DNA of 64,000 nucleotides from Nitrospirales bacterium (GTDB lineage Bacteria; Nitrospirota; Nitrospiria; Nitrospirales; UBA8639): NCBI GenBank assembly GCA_965203295.1, contig CBDBCZ010000011.1, positions 320,001 to 384,000 of the forward strand, read 5' to 3'. Shown piece by piece: positions 56,923 to 64,000 of this stretch (position 1 is its first letter; each line of letters starts with the position of its first letter). The notes under the pieces were generated by a model. It saw only the letters and a program-made list of their open reading frames with translations, ran no database searches and was not told where the DNA came from. The position numbers and the translations under genes were made by a program.

Positions 56923-58803
56923 TCATCTCAACGTTTCTGTGCTGCTAGTAACTCTGAGGCTGAGCTGTGTGAGGCTGTGTTGTGTGCGGCGTCTCTCCAG
57001 TGGCCGGGAGAGTATCTTCTTCGTTTCTTGAACGTTTAATACCAATAGAAGGTCAACGATTGGCAACACTCCGATCAGAAAGAGGCAGGTTGTAAACACA
57101 ATTCGGCTATCATACTTTTCAAAACTTTGTTCACAAGCATTCTTGTTGGGATCGACCCCTGTTAATTCACAAAGAAAATAGTTAGAGGCTGCTGTAGTGA
57201 ACTGCGTATAGTTGGAGGTTGGAACGATAATGCCGGCAAGCAAGAAAGCACCTAGCAAGAAGTAATAGCATAAAACAATGAGGATTTTGATCTCTGGCTT
57301 GTTCTTACGCAACTGTTGTCTGATGTTCATATATTTTGCTTTTAAATTCCAACCCTGCAAGTGGAAGTTTATATATTAGCACATGTGAATGATGCACTAG
57401 TAATAATTGGTTAGCATCAAGGGTAATTACCTTTTCTTCAGCACATTCTTTCTGTTGTGAATACTTTGTCCTGCGCACAAGAACCAATAAAATTGTTGCG
57501 ACCAGAGATATTCCTGTTCCATATATCAGGCATCCAGGTGGTACAATAGTATAGAACAAAACATCTACATTCTTTGCAGCACATATAAAGGGAGGGGAAA
57601 AAGGAGCAGCACTCCCTCCAGTAGCAATAACAACAGCTGCTGGTATAGCCGGAAGAGCAATTGCCACTGCCCACACTCCAATGTGAAGGTATTTAAAGTG
57701 GGGTTTGTGTTGAAAGTTTCTTGCATGAAAAGGAAACATCGTGCCCCAGAGTACTCCAGCGATGTGTGTGAGCCAGAAAACACCCTCCATAAAGAATGCA
57801 TAGTGAAAGACTGCCCCTGTGAATAGAAGACAGCTGATAAAAATTAATATTGTAGTTCACATGCATGCCAAGACCAGAATACATGCATGCATTTACGTCT
57901 GCTATAAGCGGTTTGGAACCTTATTATTTTAGAAGTTGATTGTATGTGAAAAACGGCTATTGCGATTGATCAATAGCAAAAGAGATTATTTCTACTGTTA
58001 CAGTAACAGTTTTAGTATACATGTACCTTGAAGATTGCAATAAAATGTTGAACTCTGAAATGCACTTTCTAGAAAACTCTGTGACTTGCAGAATAACTTA
58101 GTTCTGTTTGTGTATCCAATTAACACCATAATTTCAACCAGGCCCAATGGCACTAGTTCGTATAGAATAAATATTGCCGGGAATTTGAACCTATGAAGAA
58201 ATGAGTACAATTGCTTCACTGCAGTTTTCACTTGAGGTTAGCAGCTGCAAGTCTGCTAGAAATTGCATGGCCAGTGTCTCCAGCTCTTGCTGGGGCTCCC
58301 CCATAGGTATCAATATGTCACCATCTCCAACACCAGTAAGACACTCCTGCTGTGCTTGCAAGTGTTCTCTGCATACAGCACCAGTGTAGACCACAGGAGT
58401 GCAGATTGATTCATTCGCACTGACTCCTCCTTCACTTGCGATTGGAATATCCTGAATCAAAAACCTTTAATGACACACTTAAAATTGTACAATATTATTA
58501 TGAATATATAGGAAGTATTTTACATAGTCTGTTAGCCAAGCAATACAATAAGTTTCCTTACTTCTAGTGTATATGAGGCCTTGATATGGCGTTCAGGAAG
58601 GAGTGAGTCTTTATTCATTGACTTTATTCCAAACTGGTACAGATGTGATTGATTAAGTGATTATTCATGCATTTACTTACTTGAGGAAGGTGATAGAAGA
58701 TTATGGGTAGAGACAGAACGAGCCAGAACACGACAATCACTGCCAAAGCTATCACCAGCCCTGTGTACCTCCTAGGCTTGGACTGCAATTCTTTGCCACC
58801 CAT
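56923..58803 (-). pseudogene. Receptor copy 4 with internal deletion
   Basis: The CRD exon runs CSEAIV straight into the intron preceding the FKFPA exon (junction ~58205) and reaches TAG at 58191-58193. The second half of the CRD and the linker/TM1 exon are missing. Confidence 0.8.
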
Positions 58804-59744
58804 TCTCGATCAATCGGCTTCTGTAATGGCGTTAGTCAGCTCTCTACTCTTATACTAGTAACGGCTTTATGGCTTGGAGGAGGCAAGAATCAAATTTTGT
58901 CATTGAAGGTGTCCACAAAAAGCCACTGCATTTGTGAATAGAGTATGAAATTACAAACTACTTGCCACGTGTTATAGTAGCTATCTGATTGTGCTGGGTA
59001 ACTTTAACTGCACTATACTGTACTGAGGTAAGTATTATTAGCTATCAGCATGACACTGTATCAATGTTACCACATTCTATTTTCCTGGAATTGAACACAT
59101 TCTCGTATCGTTGTCATCCCTGACCTCTCAAACTCTCTGCATCACTGGGGGGGTTCTAGCCTCGTACCCAGGCCTGGATATGAGGTTTTATGGGTGCTCC
59201 TACTGTGACCACAGTGCATGCTTATTATCTACTGTGTGTTAATTACCCTCAGTGGACTAGACATGTCAATATCATCGAAGGCCAGGCTGCATGTAACAGT
59301 ATATGGTGTCTGGTGTTCTTTGTGAATGTGCCACATGTATAAACATGTATCATAATCGTGATACATGAGCAAAACTAGATATTGGTGAGCTGGAGGCATT
59401 GCGTATATAGATGACGTTTACAGCTATCTAGGTTTAGAAGCTCTATAGCAGCTACTTTTACTTAATTGGTCACCTAGTACCAAAACATACAAGGCTATAG
59501 CTAGCTTTAGATCATTGAAGAGTTTTTACTTTCCCCTTCATGGCACAAGGACCACATAGTTTATACCTGAGATTTAAAGATTAATTTTGCACTTGGGAGT
59601 GTCCATAAACCTGAGATTTAAAAATTAATTTTAAGTTTCCATAAAAATCATGACATTTGGAGTGTTCTATGATCATACAGTAACATGAAGCAAATGTGAT
59701 AGTTTACAGGAGCTCCTAATACTGTATGATGTAGCCATATTCAC

Positions 59745-59870
59745 CTCAAAGTTTCTCATACTAACTCTGAGGTCGAGTTGTGAAGGTCTGTACTGTTGAA
59801 GGCGTCTCTCCAGTTGTCGTGAGAGTATTTCTTGCACACATATATTATATAGAGAAGGTTAATGATGGTC
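59745..59870 (-). pseudogene. Decayed fragment of receptor last exon
   Basis: taactctgagg, ggcgtctctccag, gtgagagtat and agaaggtt match the 3' exons of copies 3-5. Confidence 0.55.
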
Positions 59871-59879
59871 AACACTGAA

Positions 59880-60500
59880 GTCTCCAGCGGTGCAGCCTCA
59901 CACTGAGGACAAGGTTGGCTGCCCCTTCAATGCTTGAAGACTCCTGGAAAGTGGCAGTCCGAAGTTCATAGTTACATCCAATAGTCTAGGCCACCCAACT
60001 CTCATTCAACCTCAGCAATAAGGGGGGCTTTGCCAGCACATCTCTCCGATAGCAGATTGCAATTCACTCTTCCTTCAGGCTTCTACTCCACTCCAGCTCT
60101 CCTTTCAACATCTTCTTCGTGTACAACGCTCCACACTGCTCCTCCAACTCCCGGCACTCCTTTGCCAAGCATAAAAAGTGATGCTATACGCACCATGACT
60201 CCACTACCCTAACACTCAAACTCTTCTGTTCAGCACTCAAAACCTGCTGCAGGAACCCCAACTTCCTCCCCAAAATCCTACTCTTCATTGATTGCACTCC
60301 AATCACCACCAGGGCAGCAGTGTCGCTGTGGTGCCTCGGCCACTTCACTACCCTCTTCACCAACTCAGTTTGGTAGGACTCCACTTCCTCCATCAAAGCT
60401 GGTGTCATCATTGTACGCACATGCGCATTCAAAGTACACAGAGAGAGTAGACATTATGCAGTTAAAAGAGCCTTGTATTCCGGGGGTGAATTCCTTGTAG
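59880..60500 (-). mobile_element. Non-LTR retrotransposon (LINE) 3' relic
   Basis: EEVESYQTELVKRVVKWPRHHSDTAALVV...RILGRKLGFL resembles the post-RT region of LINE ORF2; disrupted. Confidence 0.55.
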
Positions 60501-62306
60501 CTATAACTGCAGATGTATACTACCCAGCCTGGTCTGTCCACCCCCCATAACCAGTATAGAGGAGAGAGAGACCGTAATCACACAGGATGAAAAATATGGG
60601 TTAGGGAACAGGTTAGGGGGTGTCCTATCTGGGAGTTAGGGTAAGCATAACATCTCCACCTGTAGGAATCATGAGCAGGGAATATGTTTAAATATGACTA
60701 AAACAGTTACGATATGCCAGTTAGAGTATCTATGTTTTAACCACTTGCAATAAACGCAGCAGAATTACATTCTTACCGTCTTCAGGAATTCCAACACCCT
60801 ACCATTTCAAGGCTGGTGTTCCTATATTACCTTAAAGAGGTTCCCACCGTACATTGATGCCTTGAAAGCTATGTATGTCTGAGAGAGTTTTAAAATCATT
60901 TTCGAGGAGAATGTGATATATCTGAGACAGAGCAGACAGACCTCATGGGGACACCAATGGCCTAAACATTACCGCTTTAATATGACGACAATAGCAGCTG
61001 GGGACAAGTTGTGGGAATCTTTAACTTTGGGGGGAGCGAGAGAAACAGATCTAGAGCCGACGAGAAATCCTTAATTAAAAGTGAACACGTGCAGTCTGCG
61101 CATGCGCAATTCGAGTCAATAGCCACGAGCCAGAGTTTATATTTATTTCTGCTCTCACCAGCCTTTGTTGCCTTGCTTGCCGTGCTTTGTATTGTCGTGT
61201 CAACTATGAGCGTCAGTTTGAGTCAACGTTCTGATACGAGCGCAATATCCCAGCTACTTGGTAAACGCTAGGCCCGCGAGACTATAGGTAAACGCAGCAG
61301 TAATACTCGGGATTTCCAAAACCCTGCTATTTTAGGGCTGGTGTTTGTATATTGGAATCTAAAGAGGTTCCTTCCATACATAGTGATTGATGCCTTGAAA
61401 GTTATGTGTGAGGGAGTTTTAAAATCTTTTAGTGTGTTGTCTGCATGCATGCATGAGACAGGACAAAATTCATGGGGGTATGCACCAATGGCCTACTTAT
61501 GAAGACAATAGCAGGGACAAGATGTGAATCTTCAACTTTTAGAAGCTGCTTACTGAACTTGCTATAGTACTTGCTCATGTAGAGTAAGAGAATAATGCAA
61601 CGCCAAAGCAGATTGATTTCGTCCAATGCTTTCTGGCTCATAGCTATTACTATTTTCAGACAACAGGAGCTTAAATCATCCTAGCATGCAGTACTAGTAG
61701 CTGCAAGCCATTGTGCTCTTCATGATTGTAATGATTTTGCGATTCAGTGAGGCACGCACTTAGCTATATACGAATTCATCTCTCTCATGCTCTTGATTGA
61801 AGAGTTTCAGAATCTGTTTTCCTTCATGGCATAAGGTTCACTTTGTACCTAACTACACCTCAAGACAAACCGAAATAATTAGATTACCACAAGCTCTGCT
61901 TGTTAGGCGCACCTCGCTATTAGAGGCATAAAATTTTATTACGTGCATGCTTCCTTCCCAGTCAGGGGCACCATTAGTTTAGCGCATGCTAAGAGATGCC
62001 AAAACACTCTTGTGAACTCCCTAAGCTAGGTACATGCCTGACTGCAGCTTTTAGCAAAGCAGCCGCACATCAGTCATGAGTGTTTTCAGCTTCTTGGTTA
62101 AACAGAAGGTACATTAGTTCATAGAAAAATCTGTTAGTTTCCAGAAAAAATATTATACACAGTACATGGGAGGTATTGTATAAAGAGTATGATCATGTAT
62201 AATGTCCTGCCAGAACATATTATAGAATTTGATGCATGTATTACTGATATGGGAGCTCTTATCTAACTTGCATGATTATCTCATTAAACGAAGCACGTAG
62301 CTATAA

Positions 62307-64000
62307 TTACAGTGTTTCTGCACTGCTAGCAACTCTGAAGTTGAGCTGTGTGAGGCTATGTTGTGTACGGCGTCTCTCCAATGGCCGTGAGAGTATCTTC
62401 TTTATCTCTTGAACATTCAATATGTATAGAAGGTTGAAAATGGGAAACATTCCAAGAAAGCAGAGGCCAATTGTAAATACGGTTCGGCCATCAAACTCTT
62501 CGAAATTTCGTTCACAAACTTTTTTGTTGGGGTTGAAACCAGTTGATTCACAATGAAAATAGTCAGAAACAGCTTTAACATATTGTGAATAGTTGGAGGC
62601 TGGAACGGTCAGGGCAGCTAGAATGAAAGCACCTAGGAAGATGTAATAGCATAAAGCAAGGAGGATTTTGATCTCTGGCTTGTTCATACGCAGCTGTTGT
62701 CTGATGTTTTTACATTTTTCCTTAATATTCCAACCCTGCAAGTGGAAACGCATAATTTATGTCAATGATGCATTAGTCATGATCGGATAGCATCAAAGTA
62801 ATCACCTTTTCTTCAACAACCTCTTTCTGTTGTGGAGACTTTGTCCTGCGCACAAGAACCAAAAACATTATTACAATCAGAGATATTCCAATTCCAATTA
62901 GCAGAAATGAAGGTAGTGCTGTAGTATAGAACAGAACATCTATATTCTTAGCAACACAAATAAAGGGAGGTGAAAAAGGAGCAGCACTCCCTCCAGTAGC
63001 AATAACAACAGCTGCTGGTATAGCCGGAAGAACAATTGCCACGACCACCATTCCAATGTGAAGGTATTTAAAGTGGCCTTTCTTTTGAAGGCCTCTTGCA
63101 TGAAAAGGAAACATCATGCCCCAGAGTACTCCAGCGATGTGCGTGCACCAGAAAATACCCGCTGAGATGTATGCATAATGAAACACTGCACCTGTAAAAA
63201 AGACACAATAATTACAATATGTACATACATATAGACTGGAATACAGTGGTACCCCTATCAAAGGACACCCCTGAAATAAGGACACAATGCTATGTCCCCA
63301 GTATGAGACACCTCTCTTTAAAAGGACACTTTACCAGTTCCTCAAGATGTCCACAATAGAGGGGTTACACTGTACAATGTATTCACATCTCCGCAATATG
63401 AGTTCAGAAACTGGCTTCAGCTTAATACAATATTTCAGATGTGAAAACAATTAATGCTATAGTGATCAATCGCTAATAGCCTTTAAAAGTTTTATTTTTG
63501 CTGGGAGAGCAACACAGTTTCATGCTAAGAGGCTAGGTATAGCTACTGTAGCATATACCTTGAAGGTTGCAGTAAAATGTTGAACTTTGAAATGCACTTT
63601 CCAGTAAGTTTTGTGACTTGCAGAATAACTTCTTTCTGTTTGTGTAGCCAATTAATAAAAAAATTTCAACCAGGCCCATGGCTAACAGTTCATATAGAAC
63701 GAATACTGCCGGAAAATTGAACCTACATGAAGAATTGAGAGGAATGAAAATATACAGGCGATACATGACATTGTGTTAGAATTTAACTTACATGCGCTCG
63801 TACTGAATGCAAGAGAGCACCAGTGCCACTGCAGCAGAAGCAATGTATACAACTGCTTGAAACACAAGCGCAACATCTGTGATCACAACAGTCTCATGAG
63901 GCAACCCTTCCCACTCTCCACACTTCGGCTGGCATGTTCCTCCAGCATCATAGAAGCCATCACTGCACACTAGTGCAGGAGTAACATTGGGTCGTGACGA
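62307..64000 (-). CDS. Frizzled/Smoothened-like CRD-7TM receptor, copy 5 (5' part outside window)
   Basis: Exons 3-6 present (ORF-track 63788, 63533, 62773, 62307), homologous to the other copies. Confidence 0.8.

Overview
Intron-rich eukaryotic DNA, most likely from a demosponge (inferred from repeat landscape, gene structure and gene content, not verified). Left to right: (1) a minus-strand multi-exon gene I reconstructed by hand (6827 to <1, at least 1460 codons). It encodes signal peptide + CNF1/BLF1-like 'LTGC...H' cysteine-hydrolase/deamidase-like domain + Cys-flanked RKKR furin loop + ~950-aa repetitive beta-rich body + coiled-coil hairpin with a Cys-rich tip. This is an AB-toxin-like architecture in an animal genome and is the top candidate for a novel system. 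(2) COG3 on the plus strand (19 exons, 9385-25911); its 5' exons were not found, so the toxin-like gene may be nested in a COG3 intron. (3) A 4-exon SLC25 mitochondrial carrier. (4) A tandem array of five Frizzled/Smoothened-like CRD-7TM receptor genes; one carries an internal deletion and one is cut by the window edge. (5) A ~10.9-kb decayed AcademX-type DNA transposon with 16-bp TIRs inserted just upstream of receptor copy 1. Many MITEs, hairpin elements, microsatellites and retroelement relics are also present. All family assignments come from motif recognition; no searches were run.
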